From positions 17,142-81,141 of the forward strand of contig CAZRTM010000003.1 in assembly GCA_964602995.1 (NCBI GenBank): a DNA stretch of 64,000 bases, read 5' to 3'. The position numbers and the translations under genes are program-made. The stretch comes from an uncultured Ardenticatenaceae bacterium (GTDB lineage: Bacteria > Chloroflexota > Anaerolineae > Promineifilales > Promineifilaceae). The notes under the pieces are model-generated. The model made no database searches. It saw nothing but the letters and a program-made list of their open reading frames with translations, and was not told the origin of the DNA. Of the stretch, positions 10,243 to 20,842 are shown in pieces; the stretch's first letter is position 1, and every line of letters begins with the position of its first letter.

Positions 10243-11325
10243 TTGATAAAGAACGAGAGAGAGTTCGGCCGGTGGCTGCTGCTAATGGCACTGCTGCTGG
10301 TACTCTCAGTTGCCTGCCAGGCAACCGGTTCTGGTGAAAATGGGGCAGCGACAGAGCCAGCAGAAGAAGCAGTCACCGAACTTCCCGCTGGAACGGCGAC
10401 GGTAGAAAGCGTGGCAACGCCAACTCAGGTCGAGGCGGAGGCTACTCCGGCCGTCACCAGCACAGCTTCTGTGACAGAGGAGCCGGCCACAGAACCAACA
10501 ACTGCGCCCGATTCGACAAGCTTTGACGGACAGGCGGCTTTCGACTATCTGGAAGCGCAGATGGCATTCGGCCCGCGCTGGCCTGGAAGCCCCGGTCATG
10601 AGGCTGTGGGCGACTACATAGTCGAGGAGCTAGAAGCGCTTGGCTGGCGGGTTGAAGAGCAACCAATTGAGTATCAGGGGGTTCAGGGCCGCAACATCAT
10701 TGCCCGGGCGAACGAAGAGCTGGAGGACGTGATTATCATCGGCGCGCATTACGATACGCGGCGCATTGCGGACCAGACGCCGGGTGCGGCAGAAGAAGAG
10801 TTGCCGGTTCCCGGCGCGGTTGACGGGGCCAGTGGCGTTGCCGTCTTATTGGAACTGGCTCGCACGTTGGATCTGGACCAGGTGCCGCGAGAAATCTGGC
10901 TCACCTTCTTTGACCTGGAGGACAACGGTAGCGGCGGCATTGAAGGCTGGGGCTGGATTGTCGGTTCCACTTATATGGCGCAGAATCTAGAGATAGAGCC
11001 TGAGGCAATGGTATTAGTGGATATGGTCGGCGATGCTGATCAGCAGTTATACTACGAGGGGAATTCAGATCCTGAGCTTCGTGCAGAGCTATGGGCGATT
11101 GCTGCCGACCTGGGCTATGGCGACGTTTTTATCCCTGAACTGCGGTACACGATGATTGACGACCATCTGCCTTTTGCGAACCAGGGGATACGGGCCGTTG
11201 ATATCATCGACTTTGATTATCCCTACTGGCACACAGTAGAGGACACAGCGGATAAGGCCAGTGCAGAGAGCCTGTTGCGCGTGGGCCGGACGCTTGAAGT
11301 CTGGCTGGAAGAGAGGCTCCAATAG
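10243..11325 (+). CDS. M28 family peptidase (lipoprotein-type signal)
   Basis: Signal ending LSVAC, a low-complexity T/E/P linker, and the IIIGAHYDT and GAVDGASGVAVLLELAR motifs. Confidence 0.8.
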   Translation: MIKNEREFGRWLLLMALLLVLSVACQATGSGENGAATEPAEEAVTELPAGTATVESVATPTQVEAEATPAVTSTASVTEEPATEPTTAPDSTSFDGQAAFDYLEAQMAFGPRWPGSPGHEAVGDYIVEELEALGWRVEEQPIEYQGVQGRNIIARANEELEDVIIIGAHYDTRRIADQTPGAAEEELPVPGAVDGASGVAVLLELARTLDLDQVPREIWLTFFDLEDNGSGGIEGWGWIVGSTYMAQNLEIEPEAMVLVDMVGDADQQLYYEGNSDPELRAELWAIAADLGYGDVFIPELRYTMIDDHLPFANQGIRAVDIIDFDYPYWHTVEDTADKASAESLLRVGRTLEVWLEERLQ

Positions 11326-11346
11326 ATAGGTTAAACGGAGGAGACT

Positions 11347-12675
11347 ATTTCAAACCATAACGATTTATTTCCAACGGCCCATCCCGAGGAGAAGGCATTT
11401 CTGATTGGGACGGAGCTAAAATCTGGGCGGCCTCTGCTGCCTGTGGAAGAAAGCCTGGACGAGCTGGAGAGACTGGCTGAGACAGCCGGTCTGGAGGTGG
11501 TTGGTCGCACCTGGCAACGTTTTGACCATCCTGATTCGGCTACATATATCGGCTCTGGTAAGGTGGAAGAAGTTCATACGCTGATGAAAGAAAAGGGGTG
11601 TGATGTAGCCCTTTTCGATGATGAGCTGTCGCCACGCCACCAACGCGAGCTGGAGAAGGCCTTTGGCGAGGAAATTAAGGTCATAGACCGCACGGCGCTC
11701 ATTCTGGACATTTTCGCCCAACACGCGATGACGGCAGAAGGTCAGTTGCAGGTGGAGCTGGCGCAGTTGGAATACCGGTTGCCGCGGCTCACGCGCATGT
11801 GGACCCACCTTGCGCGTCAGGCCGGTGGTCGCGCCGGTGGCGCCGGCGGCGGGGTGGGCGTGCGTGGTCCCGGTGAAAAGCAGTTGGAAATGGACCGCCG
11901 TGAGATTGGACGGCGTATTACGGCCATCAAAGAAGAGCTAGAAAAAGTGCGGCAGCGGCGCGAGCAGCACCGCGCCAAGCGGCAACAAACGGCGCTGCCT
12001 GTGATTGCGATCGTGGGATATACCAACGCCGGCAAGTCAACGCTGCTTAACCGTCTGAGTGGCTCTGACGTTGTTTCAGCCGACATGCTGTTTGCAACGT
12101 TAGATCCCACCACACGGCGGGTGAAACTGCCATCGGGCCGCGAAGCGCTGTTCACCGATACTGTTGGATTCATCCAGAAGCTGCCGGCGCAGATTGTGGC
12201 TGCCTTCCGCGCCACGCTGGAAGAAATTGCCGAGGCTGATATGATTCTGCACGTGGTAGATGCCGCACACCGCAATGCCAAAGCGCAGATTGAATCGGTA
12301 GAGGATACGCTGGCCGAGTTGGAGGTGGACCATCTGCCAACGGTTATGGCTCTTAACAAGGTAGACCAACTAGCGGACGATGTTGATGTGCTGGAGCTTT
12401 TGGACGTTGCCCATAGTGCTGTTCCGATTTCGGCGCTGAAGGGGTATAATATCGAAACATTGCTCCTGGCAGTTGAAGCCGTCATGGAGCGCTACCTGAA
12501 ATCGATACGGGTCTTTCTCCCCTATGAGCGCGGCGACTTGATGTCCCTCTTCTACGAGAGAGGTCAGGTCGTGGAGGATTCGCATACACCGGATGGCGTC
12601 TCATTATGGGGCCAGGTGCCAGAGAGGCTTATCCCCTACTTTTCAGGCTTTATTGTCGACGAGGAAGAAGTATAG
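11347..12675 (+). CDS. hflX: GTPase HflX (probable non-canonical ATT start; the first canonical start is GTG 11443)
   Basis: Motifs LILDIFAQHA, QVELAQL, G1 GYTNAGKST, DTVGF and NKVD. The HflX-like N-terminal segment EKAFLIGTEL lies upstream of the first ATG/GTG/TTG. Confidence 0.8.
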   Translation: MSNHNDLFPTAHPEEKAFLIGTELKSGRPLLPVEESLDELERLAETAGLEVVGRTWQRFDHPDSATYIGSGKVEEVHTLMKEKGCDVALFDDELSPRHQRELEKAFGEEIKVIDRTALILDIFAQHAMTAEGQLQVELAQLEYRLPRLTRMWTHLARQAGGRAGGAGGGVGVRGPGEKQLEMDRREIGRRITAIKEELEKVRQRREQHRAKRQQTALPVIAIVGYTNAGKSTLLNRLSGSDVVSADMLFATLDPTTRRVKLPSGREALFTDTVGFIQKLPAQIVAAFRATLEEIAEADMILHVVDAAHRNAKAQIESVEDTLAELEVDHLPTVMALNKVDQLADDVDVLELLDVAHSAVPISALKGYNIETLLLAVEAVMERYLKSIRVFLPYERGDLMSLFYERGQVVEDSHTPDGVSLWGQVPERLIPYFSGFIVDEEEV

Positions 12676-12693
12676 CCAGCCGCAGGAACGTAC

Positions 12694-12915
12694 ATGGAGC
12701 AACGGATCAATGAACTGGTTGAGCGCATCAATGCTTTTATGATGCAACGGCCCGGTGTTCTACCTCTCGTAGGACTCGGGCTTATTGTCATTAACTTGTT
12801 ACTACAGCTCTATCCAGGACCGGATAGCTGGATAGCGGCAAGCAACCTGTTCTTACATCTGGGGCTGATCATTAGTGTAATCGGCCTGCTGCTGGTCAAC
12901 GTTTACCGCCACTGA
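12694..12915 (+). CDS. Small two-TM membrane protein, unknown function
   Basis: 73 aa with two hydrophobic helices. It fills the gap between hflX and the M20 peptidase gene. Confidence 0.5.
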   Translation: MEQRINELVERINAFMMQRPGVLPLVGLGLIVINLLLQLYPGPDSWIAASNLFLHLGLIISVIGLLLVNVYRH

Positions 12916-12925
12916 TAAACCTGAT

Positions 12926-14080
12926 ATGAATCGAGTGCAGCAAATTGCCCGGCGCCAGCCTGTGCAGGAGGCGCTGGCCTGTTTATATGACCGGCTGGAC
13001 GAAATCATCGAACTGACGATCTCAATCCAGCAAATCCCGGCGCCGACGTTTAACGAGGCGCGACGAGCAGCATTCGTGCGCGCATGCTTCACCGAGCTGG
13101 GCCTGGAGGATGTTTATCAAGATGCCCTCGACAATGTGTATGGGCGGCTGAAGGGCAAACAGGAAAGGGATCCAGTGGTGGTCACGGCCCACCTTGATAC
13201 CGTTTTCGACGAAGAGACAGACCTGACTGTCAGGCGCAACGGCTCGCAGATTGAGGGGCCGGGCATTGCCGATAATTCTATGGGCGTCGGCGCCCTGCTG
13301 ACATTGGCTCAGATTGTGCGTGATCTGGATATGGAGCTGGCCAAGGATATCTGGTTTGTGGCCAACGTTGGCGAGGAGGGTCTGGGCGACCTTCGTGGCA
13401 TCCGCGCCGTTGTAGACCGTATAGGTGAGCGGGGCAGTTACATCGTTCTCGAAGGCGGTCTGTTCGGCTATATCTGCCACCAGGCGATTGGGGTGCGCCG
13501 CTACCGGATTGAAGTATCGACGCCAGGTGGGCATTCCTGGGGGGCGTATGGCATGCCCAGCGCCATTCATGTGTTGGGGCATCTCATCGCCGGTATTGAC
13601 CGGTTGAATGTTCCTGAATCACCGAAAACGACCTATAACGTAGGGGTGATTGAAGGCGGTACGACCATCAACGCCATTGCACGGCGCGCAAGTATGTTGC
13701 TAGACTTGCGCTCAGAGGAGGAGGGCGCCTTGCAGGCGTTGGTGGCGGAGGTTGAGAAGCTGGTGGAGCGCATTGGTAGCCAGCACGAAGTGGATATTCG
13801 CATAGAACTGATTGGCGACCGGCCAGCAGGACAGTTGCCAGCACACGCTCCCCTTGTGTACTGGTCTCTCGCTGCCCTGAAGGCAGTTGGTTTCGACGGC
13901 GCGGAGTTTACAATGGGCAGCACCGATGCCAACATTCCACTGAGCCGGGGCCTACCCGCAGTCTGCCTGGGTATCACCCGATCTGGCAATACGCACCGGC
14001 CGGATGAATATATGGAGGTAGATGCCATCCCACAGGGGATAGGCCAGGCGCTCCTTGTGGTGCTGGCGGCTGCGTCATAG
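12926..14080 (+). CDS. M20 family metallopeptidase (peptidase T/ArgE-like)
   Basis: AHLDTV, GIADNSMG and NVGEEGLGDL metal-ligand motifs. Confidence 0.85.
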   Translation: MNRVQQIARRQPVQEALACLYDRLDEIIELTISIQQIPAPTFNEARRAAFVRACFTELGLEDVYQDALDNVYGRLKGKQERDPVVVTAHLDTVFDEETDLTVRRNGSQIEGPGIADNSMGVGALLTLAQIVRDLDMELAKDIWFVANVGEEGLGDLRGIRAVVDRIGERGSYIVLEGGLFGYICHQAIGVRRYRIEVSTPGGHSWGAYGMPSAIHVLGHLIAGIDRLNVPESPKTTYNVGVIEGGTTINAIARRASMLLDLRSEEEGALQALVAEVEKLVERIGSQHEVDIRIELIGDRPAGQLPAHAPLVYWSLAALKAVGFDGAEFTMGSTDANIPLSRGLPAVCLGITRSGNTHRPDEYMEVDAIPQGIGQALLVVLAAAS

Positions 14081-14178
14081 GGATGGGAGTTTTTCACTAT
14101 TTATTCATGTTCCGGAACTGGGTAGGCTAGGAACTGTGCTGGTGCGCTTACTTCCTGGTTGTTTACCAGAGGTAAGTC

Positions 14179-16692
14179 GTGGTGATGGTGGCAAAGTGGC
14201 GTGGAGGTTTTTCCGAAGTGGATCACGTTCCCAAGGGCAAGCATACGGAACTGTTCGGGATTAGAAGTGCTACTGACCTAACCCGGGCAGCTACAAACGT
14301 CGATTTTGAGGTTGTTCCCCGCCACAAGAGTGGCTCAGAGGATGGCAATTCGCCCGTATGGCGCGTCAGATTTACCCCTGCCACGGATTCCAACAGCGAG
14401 TTTGGGCTGGAGATCCATGATGAGGTAATTCTGGGCCGCCAGCCGCTCACCAGTGACCGGGACAAGCTGGTCGATTTGACCCGTAACGACGCCGAGAAAT
14501 TAGGGGTCTCGCGCCGTCACCTGATGTTGCGCCCGACCACAACCAACCTCTTTGTGGTTGACCTGGGTAGCACCAACGGTACTTTTCGCAATGGGCAGTC
14601 TATAGGCAGCCACACGCCTTACACTCTGGTGGATGGAGATGTGCTCACCCTGGGCAAACTCCCGCTGCTGGTCGAGATCATCGAGCGGCCCTCGCTATCC
14701 TCAAACGGTGCTGCCAATGAACCTGACCTTACGAGCGCCCTGGTGCAGATTGCCAAGGCAATTACCTCGCAACTTAACCTGGATGAGGCTTTGAACCAGG
14801 TGGCGGAAACGGCGAGAGCGTTGACCTCAGCGGGAGAAACCGGCATCTGGCTGGTTGACGAGTTCAGTGGGGAGTTATTGTTAGAAGCGCAACGAGGTAT
14901 TGGCGACGAGAAGCTGCGCCGGATGCGCCTGCCGACAGATCGTGACACGTTGGTAGGGGAGGTGCTGCGCACAACAAAACCGGTGCGTACCAGCCGCCGT
15001 CCTGGTGGGGACGAAATCAAGGTGAAAACCGGTTACCTGGTAGAGGCGCTGGTCTACGTGCCAATTACGCTTGGTGGCGTTACTTTCGGCGTGCTTTCGG
15101 CCGTTCACCGCGAGGCAGGGAAGAAGTTCACGTGGCGGGATGAGCGACTGTTAGAGGCGATTGCCGATTTCGCTGCCATCGCCATTCAGAATGCCCGGCT
15201 TTACCATCGCACTGATGAGGCGCTGGAGCGGCGGTTGAAAGAGCTGGCAGCCCTGAATCAGCTCAGCTTCACGCTCTCCTCCTCGCTGGACCTCAATCAG
15301 GTTTATGAGGTGCTGGTGGAGCAGGTAAATCAGCACTGGCCTGTGGAGGCTGTGCAGCTCTATTTGCTGGATGAAGAACGGGGAGCATTGCGGCGTCATA
15401 CCCCCGCCGGCCTCGAAGCAGAAGCCTATTTTTCACAGGAGTGCGGGCTGGTCGGCGCTGTGTCGCGCAGCGGTAAATTCCTGGTGTCCAATGATCTGCA
15501 AAACGAACGGGAGCTGGCGCCTGAGATTGACGCTGTGGGCGTGGCTGAGCCTCGTTCCATGATCTGCGCTCCGTTGCGCGTGCAAAGCCGGGTTGTGGGT
15601 GTGCTGGCTCTGCTGAATAAGATTGATGGGCCGTTCACCGAAGAGGATGTCATTCGCTTGCGCGCGTTTACCAACCCAGTTGCCACGGCCGTAGAGAATG
15701 CGCGCCTTTATGCGCAATCTGAGGGGCGGAGACGCGCCATACAGGCCACGGCGGAGATCTTGCCACAACCGCTGCTGATTCTGGATGAAAATGGACGGCT
15801 GCTGATTGCCAACCAGGCCGCGCAGGAGATATTGCAGACCAATATGTCGGCCCTATTCGACGGCATCAGCCGGGGCCTTGGGCGCACCATCGAGGTACAC
15901 ATCGACAACACAACCTTTCTCTCGACCAGTGAGCATATTGAAGGCGTTGGTACCATTACGGTGATGCAGGATATCACATACGTGAAACAGTTGGAGGCGG
16001 ACCGTTCTGACTTCATGCATGCGCTCTCCCACGACATGCGCAACCCACTGACCTCTATTATTGGCTACACTCAGGTAATGGATCGCACCTTGCCACCGAA
16101 TGAGGAATACCGCAGTTACCTGGGCCGCATTCGCATGTCCGCCCACCGGATGTTAGAGATGGTGAATCAGCTTCTGCAAACGGTTGACTCGGATACGGTG
16201 GAAAAGTTAGAGCGCCAACCTACAGACCTGGCGGCTATAGTGTCTGGAGTGATTCAGGATGTAGAAGGGATTGCGTTGGGTAAAGAGGTGAGGGTGAAGT
16301 ACCGGCAGGAAGGCGAACCGTATCCCGTGCTGGTTGATGAGACCCGCCTTTACCACGCGATTCTTAACCTCGTGGAGAACGCTGTGAAATATTCACCTGA
16401 GCAATCGGAAATTTGCATTAGCCTGACGTTCAGTGATGAAGAAACGGTGTTTCGCGTGGCCGATGAGGGGCCAGGCATCCCACAAGACGAGATTGATTTC
16501 ATCTTCGAGAAATATTACCGTGGCTCGACCAATCAGCCGGGGAACGGCGTGGGCTTATCGGTGGTGCGTTCCGTTGCCAATGCCCACGCCGGATCGGTGT
16601 CGGCTGCCAATGGAGAGGAGGGGGGCGCGGTCTTTACGTTGATTCTACCGCCGAGCGCCCGCCTGCCAGTTTCTGTCCCGCGCTTTAGCTGA
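14179..16692 (+). CDS. Sensor histidine kinase with N-terminal FHA domain and tandem GAF domains
   Basis: FHA signature (ILGR..., [20 protein letters not shown]), two GAF-like blocks, H-box [15 protein letters not shown]-box LVENAVKYS, and G-boxes DEGPGI / GNGVGLS. Confidence 0.85.
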   Translation: MVMVAKWRGGFSEVDHVPKGKHTELFGIRSATDLTRAATNVDFEVVPRHKSGSEDGNSPVWRVRFTPATDSNSEFGLEIHDEVILGRQPLTSDRDKLVDLTRNDAEKLGVSRRHLMLRPTTTNLFVVDLGSTNGTFRNGQSIGSHTPYTLVDGDVLTLGKLPLLVEIIERPSLSSNGAANEPDLTSALVQIAKAITSQLNLDEALNQVAETARALTSAGETGIWLVDEFSGELLLEAQRGIGDEKLRRMRLPTDRDTLVGEVLRTTKPVRTSRRPGGDEIKVKTGYLVEALVYVPITLGGVTFGVLSAVHREAGKKFTWRDERLLEAIADFAAIAIQNARLYHRTDEALERRLKELAALNQLSFTLSSSLDLNQVYEVLVEQVNQHWPVEAVQLYLLDEERGALRRHTPAGLEAEAYFSQECGLVGAVSRSGKFLVSNDLQNERELAPEIDAVGVAEPRSMICAPLRVQSRVVGVLALLNKIDGPFTEEDVIRLRAFTNPVATAVENARLYAQSEGRRRAIQATAEILPQPLLILDENGRLLIANQAAQEILQTNMSALFDGISRGLGRTIEVHIDNTTFLSTSEHIEGVGTITVMQDITYVKQLEADRSDFMHALSHDMRNPLTSIIGYTQVMDRTLPPNEEYRSYLGRIRMSAHRMLEMVNQLLQTVDSDTVEKLERQPTDLAAIVSGVIQDVEGIALGKEVRVKYRQEGEPYPVLVDETRLYHAILNLVENAVKYSPEQSEICISLTFSDEETVFRVADEGPGIPQDEIDFIFEKYYRGSTNQPGNGVGLSVVRSVANAHAGSVSAANGEEGGAVFTLILPPSARLPVSVPRFS

Positions 16693-17986
16693 GCGCGCGG
16701 AAAGCCTTTTCTGCTGCCCGGATCGTAGTCTCGACTTCTGCTTCGCCGTGCGCGGCCGAGACAAAGCCGGCCTCAAACTGTGAGGGCGCCAGATATATCC
16801 CTTCTTCGAGCATCATCTGGAAGTAGCGTTTGAAATGGTCGGTGTTGGCCTGGCTGGCATCCTGCCAGTTGGTGACTGGCTTCTCGCTGAAGAAAAGGCC
16901 AAACATGGTGCCAACACGACAGCTACTGGCCGGAGCAGCAGCCTTCTGAGCTGCCTGTTGCAGACCCTGCACCAATGTCTCGGCAGTTGCTTCCATCTGC
17001 TGCCACACCGTTGGGTCCTGAATGGCCTTCAATGTTTCGATACCGGCGGTCATAGCCAACGGATTGCCGGAAAGGGTGCCCGCCTGGTACATGGGACCCG
17101 ACGGCGCCACCATCTCCATAATCTCACGCCGCCCGCCGTAGGCTCCGACAGGGAGTCCGCCGCCAATTACTTTGCCCAGCGTGGTCAGATCAGGCTGTAC
17201 GTTATAGAGGGCTTGTGCGCCGCCCGGATGCACGCGAAAGCCAGTCATCACTTCGTCGAACAGCAGCAACGCACCATCAGCCGCCGTAATGTCGCGTAGA
17301 CCCTGGAGGAAGCCGTCCTGCGGTGGGACAAGGCCCATATTGCCCGCAACCGGTTCTAAGATTACCGCTGCAATCTCGCCCGGGAATTGCTCAAAAAGGG
17401 CCTCGACGGCGTTGAGGTCATTGTAGGGAGCAGCCAGTGTATTGGCTGTGGTCGAAGCAGGGACGCCGGGGGAGTCGGGCAGCCCCAGGGTGGCCACACC
17501 AGAGCCGGCCTGAACCAGCAGCATATCGCTGTGGCCATGATAGTTGCCCTGAAATTTGATGATCTTGTCGCGACCGGTGAAGGCGCGTGCCAGGCGCAGC
17601 GCGCTCATCGTCGCTTCCGTTCCCGAGTTGACAAAGCGGAGCATCTCAAGATTGGGCATAAAGGATTGCACCAACTCCGCCAGTTCTACTTCCAGGGGGC
17701 TGGGGGCGCCGAAGCTGGTCCCACGAGCGGCTGCCTTGTTGAGGGCGCCAATGACGCGCGGGTCGGCGTGGCCCAAGATGAGCGGCCCCCAGGAGAGGAC
17801 GTAATCAATGTAGCGGTTGCCATCGACGTCGTAGAGATAGGCGCCGGCTCCCTTTTCGATGAAGGGCGGTTGCCCACCAACGGCGCGGAAGGCGCGCACC
17901 GGCGAACTGACCCCGCCAGGCATCAGCTCCTGTGCCCGTTCGTATAGCGATATAGAGTTCTTTAGCTCAGGCATCGTTTTCTCCAA
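16685..17986 (-). CDS. hemL: Glutamate-1-semialdehyde 2,1-aminomutase
   Basis: [21 protein letters not shown] and [10 protein letters not shown], with full-length similarity to HemL. Confidence 0.93.
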   Translation of the reverse strand: MEKTMPELKNSISLYERAQELMPGGVSSPVRAFRAVGGQPPFIEKGAGAYLYDVDGNRYIDYVLSWGPLILGHADPRVIGALNKAAARGTSFGAPSPLEVELAELVQSFMPNLEMLRFVNSGTEATMSALRLARAFTGRDKIIKFQGNYHGHSDMLLVQAGSGVATLGLPDSPGVPASTTANTLAAPYNDLNAVEALFEQFPGEIAAVILEPVAGNMGLVPPQDGFLQGLRDITAADGALLLFDEVMTGFRVHPGGAQALYNVQPDLTTLGKVIGGGLPVGAYGGRREIMEMVAPSGPMYQAGTLSGNPLAMTAGIETLKAIQDPTVWQQMEATAETLVQGLQQAAQKAAAPASSCRVGTMFGLFFSEKPVTNWQDASQANTDHFKRYFQMMLEEGIYLAPSQFEAGFVSAAHGEAEVETTIRAAEKAFRALS

Positions 17987-18023
17987 AGGCGTGGTTTAGC
18001 AGTTGTTGGGGTGGAGCGAGGAA

Positions 18024-18977
18024 CTAGCGAGCATCGGGCAACCAGCCGGCTGCTCTGGCCCGGTCACGGATGAGGGAGGCCAGTTGCTCGATGAAGAGCG
18101 GGTCGTCGTTCAGAGCCGGGGGCCGTTCCAGACGCACACCGTGTTCCTGCGCTACCTGCCCCGCTTCAATGTCAATATCGAAGAGTATCTCGACGTGATC
18201 GGAGACGAAGCCCACGGGGATAGAGACGACGTTGCGAATGCCCTGAGCGGCGAGGTCAGGAATATGTTCTTCCAACTGAGGCCCCAGCCACGGTTCAGGG
18301 CTGCGCCCTGCTGATTGGTAGCTCCAGGACCATTGGTCGTCGCGCAGCCCCGCCTGTTGGGCTACTAAGCGCGCCGTTTCACGAAGCTGCTCATCATAGG
18401 GATCGCCCATTTTCAGGATGCGAGTGGGCAGGCTATGGGCGCTAAAGATGACGTGTACAGCGTTGCGCTCGGAAGCGGGCCAGCGCTCCAGACCATCGTG
18501 CACGCGGTTGGTAAGAGCCTTGATGTAGGCCGGCGCGTCGTGGTAACTGGCAATATGCTCAAATTCGATAGCACCGCGGTACATCTCCAGGCCATCGGCA
18601 ATTTTGGCCTGATACCGGGCGACGCTCATCTCGCTGTAATGAGGCGCCAGCACCAGACTGACGGCGTGGGTGATGCCATCCGCGAGCATGTCGCGTACCG
18701 TTTCCTCAATCCACGGTGACCAGTGGCGCATGCCCAGGTAACAATGGAAGCGCTCGCCGAGCTGTTCTTGAATGGCAGACACCTGGGCGAGGGTCATTTC
18801 CAACAGCGGGGATTTGCCGCCGATTTGCCGGTAATTATTGGTGATTTCCTCCAGCACTGCGGTGGAGGTCACACGGCCGTTGCGGATATCGGCCAGATAG
18901 CCGGGAATTTCTTCGAGGGAGTTGGGGCCGCCGTAGGCCATGATCAAGACCCCAATCGGATATTGAATGGTGCTCAT
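18024..18977 (-). CDS. hemH: Ferrochelatase (coproporphyrin ferrochelatase by context)
   Basis: 317 aa with a typical N-terminus (GVLIMAYGGPNSLEEI), plus SAHSLP and the HVEIL motif. Confidence 0.9.
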   Translation of the reverse strand: MSTIQYPIGVLIMAYGGPNSLEEIPGYLADIRNGRVTSTAVLEEITNNYRQIGGKSPLLEMTLAQVSAIQEQLGERFHCYLGMRHWSPWIEETVRDMLADGITHAVSLVLAPHYSEMSVARYQAKIADGLEMYRGAIEFEHIASYHDAPAYIKALTNRVHDGLERWPASERNAVHVIFSAHSLPTRILKMGDPYDEQLRETARLVAQQAGLRDDQWSWSYQSAGRSPEPWLGPQLEEHIPDLAAQGIRNVVSIPVGFVSDHVEILFDIDIEAGQVAQEHGVRLERPPALNDDPLFIEQLASLIRDRARAAGWLPDAR

Positions 18978-18997
18978 ATCTTAATCTTTTCTCTTTT

Positions 18998-20083
18998 TCA
19001 GCGTGCTGTTTGCTCGCGGACGTAGTCAACCAGCCGGCGCACAGTGTCTACCGGCGTCGTCTTGTGGATGCCGTGGCCCAGGTTAAAAATATGGCCCGGC
19101 CGGCCCGCTGCCTGCTCTAATACCTCGTCAATACGCGGCTTTAGCTCACGCCAGGGGGCAAGTAGAGCGATTGGTTCCAGATTGCCCTGGATGGCTTTGT
19201 CGTAACCAATCCGTTCCCAGGCCCAATCCAGCGGCATGCGCCAATCCACGCTAATGACGTCACCGCCGCAGGCGGCGACCTCTTCCAGATAGGCTGCAGT
19301 GCCGGTGCTGAAGCTGATAAGCGGTACCTGAGCGCGTTCCAGCATTTTAAACAGCTTTGTGTTATAGGGGGCAACGTAGCGCACGTAGTCCTGCTTGCTG
19401 AGCGCCAGCCCGGCCCAGGAGTCGAAAAGCTGCAGGGCCGAAGCGCCGGCCTGGGCCTGGGCAATCATGTACTCGGCCTGCACCGTCACCAGCTTGTCCA
19501 TGAGCCGGCGCCAGGCGGCAGGCTCGTTGTACATCAGGGACTTCGTCTTGACGTAGTTCTTAGAGCCGCCTCCTTCGACGGCGTAACTGGCCAGCGTAAA
19601 GGGCGCACCGGCAAAGCCAATGAGCGGGATGTTTCGGCTTTCTAGCTCGCGCGTCACTATGCTGATCGCCTCTAATGTGGAGGCGAGCATCGTAGAGGCT
19701 GCGGGAGGCGTTGCCAGCATGTCGATGTCGTAGGGTGTGGTCAGCGGATTGTTGATGCGCGGGCCGTCCCCTTTCACAAATTCCAGGTCGAGACCCATGC
19801 CAATCAGGGGCGGCAGTATGTCGGCGAAGATAATGGCAGCGTCCATCTGGAATGCGTCGATGGGTTGCAGGGTGATTTCGGCGGCCAGCTCTGGCGTGCC
19901 TATGACTTCCAACATGCTGTGCCGGGCGCGGATTTCGCGATATTCGGACATATAGCGCCCCGCCTGGCGCATGAGCCAGATGGGTGTGGCATCGACGTCA
20001 AGCCGGCGACAGGCGCGCAGGAAACGGGAGGTAGGCTCGTTGGCCGTGGTCAGCTTCGTATCTTGTTTGCGTTCAGGAATCAT
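18998..20083 (-). CDS. hemE: Uroporphyrinogen decarboxylase
   Basis: PIWLMRQAGRYM signature. The likely start is MIPERK at 20083; the ORF track extends to 20176. Confidence 0.9.
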   Translation of the reverse strand: MIPERKQDTKLTTANEPTSRFLRACRRLDVDATPIWLMRQAGRYMSEYREIRARHSMLEVIGTPELAAEITLQPIDAFQMDAAIIFADILPPLIGMGLDLEFVKGDGPRINNPLTTPYDIDMLATPPAASTMLASTLEAISIVTRELESRNIPLIGFAGAPFTLASYAVEGGGSKNYVKTKSLMYNEPAAWRRLMDKLVTVQAEYMIAQAQAGASALQLFDSWAGLALSKQDYVRYVAPYNTKLFKMLERAQVPLISFSTGTAAYLEEVAACGGDVISVDWRMPLDWAWERIGYDKAIQGNLEPIALLAPWRELKPRIDEVLEQAAGRPGHIFNLGHGIHKTTPVDTVRRLVDYVREQTAR

Positions 20084-20813
20084 GAGTAGCCTGCCAGACA
20101 ACTTTGCCAATGAAGAATGGTCCCAGTCGCTCAAGGTGGAGCGAGGTTTGTTTCGTTTTGCGCATACGTTGCACAATTTGCGAGAGCGGGTTTAGCTCAG
20201 GGCCGACGAGGCCGACCACGAAATCGTTATCGTTCTTGTCCAGGCCATGACAGGCCAGGCGCACGTCGTGGCCGTAGCCTGCTTTGCCAAAGGCGCGGCC
20301 GATGCCTCCGTGCTCCATGAGAATGACGCGTTGCTCTTCGGCGGAGAGCCGTTCGAAGGAGCCGGCGCGTCGCAATGGGTACCAGATGGCCCAGGGCAGA
20401 TTGGGATCGGTGACGCGGCGGATTGGGCGCTTGATCAGCGTTTCGTCCAGGTCCGGCTCATAGCCGAGGGCGTAGGTCCGGCCGAGCATGGTGTACTCCG
20501 GCTTGGGCGCCAATTCACTGAAAGGCGGCCGGTTCAGGAAGCCGCGCATCGTCTCTATAAAGTAATCCGGATTGTCGCTGAACGTGAGCAGGGCGACGCC
20601 TCGCGGATCGTTGATATCCTCATAGAGGACGCCGCTGATGTTTGCCTGTTCCAGTGCCTCAATCAGAGGACCAGAATCATTACATTCGCCAAAGCTCATC
20701 AGTTGCATAAAAAGGCGGCGGTCGGAGCTGATGATTTCTCCTGTTGTACTGCGCCCCTTTTCCCGAATATCCACGACTTCATCGTCGTGACGGCGTTGGA
20801 TGTCTAGTGCCAT
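20073..20813 (-). CDS. hemQ: Chlorite-dismutase-family coproheme decarboxylase (HemQ/ChdC)
   Basis: About 245 aa Cld-family sequence (WAIWYPLRR, EHGGIG) inside the hem operon. Overlaps the hemE start by 11 nt. Confidence 0.85.
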   Translation of the reverse strand: MALDIQRRHDDEVVDIREKGRSTTGEIISSDRRLFMQLMSFGECNDSGPLIEALEQANISGVLYEDINDPRGVALLTFSDNPDYFIETMRGFLNRPPFSELAPKPEYTMLGRTYALGYEPDLDETLIKRPIRRVTDPNLPWAIWYPLRRAGSFERLSAEEQRVILMEHGGIGRAFGKAGYGHDVRLACHGLDKNDNDFVVGLVGPELNPLSQIVQRMRKTKQTSLHLERLGPFFIGKVVWQATHDS

Positions 20814-20842
20814 TTGTTCTTAATCACACTCCAGTTAACTAT

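Noticed and set aside
20073-20176. Long N-terminal extension of hemE overlapping hemQ by about 100 nt. Similar extensions appear on hemY (to 27347), dhaK (to 40068), the acyl-CoA dehydrogenase (from 27938), the GNAT (to 46466) and slyD (from 47892).
   Set aside because: The conserved family N-termini begin at internal Met codons that have better SD sequences. The extensions are non-conserved and overlap neighbouring genes.
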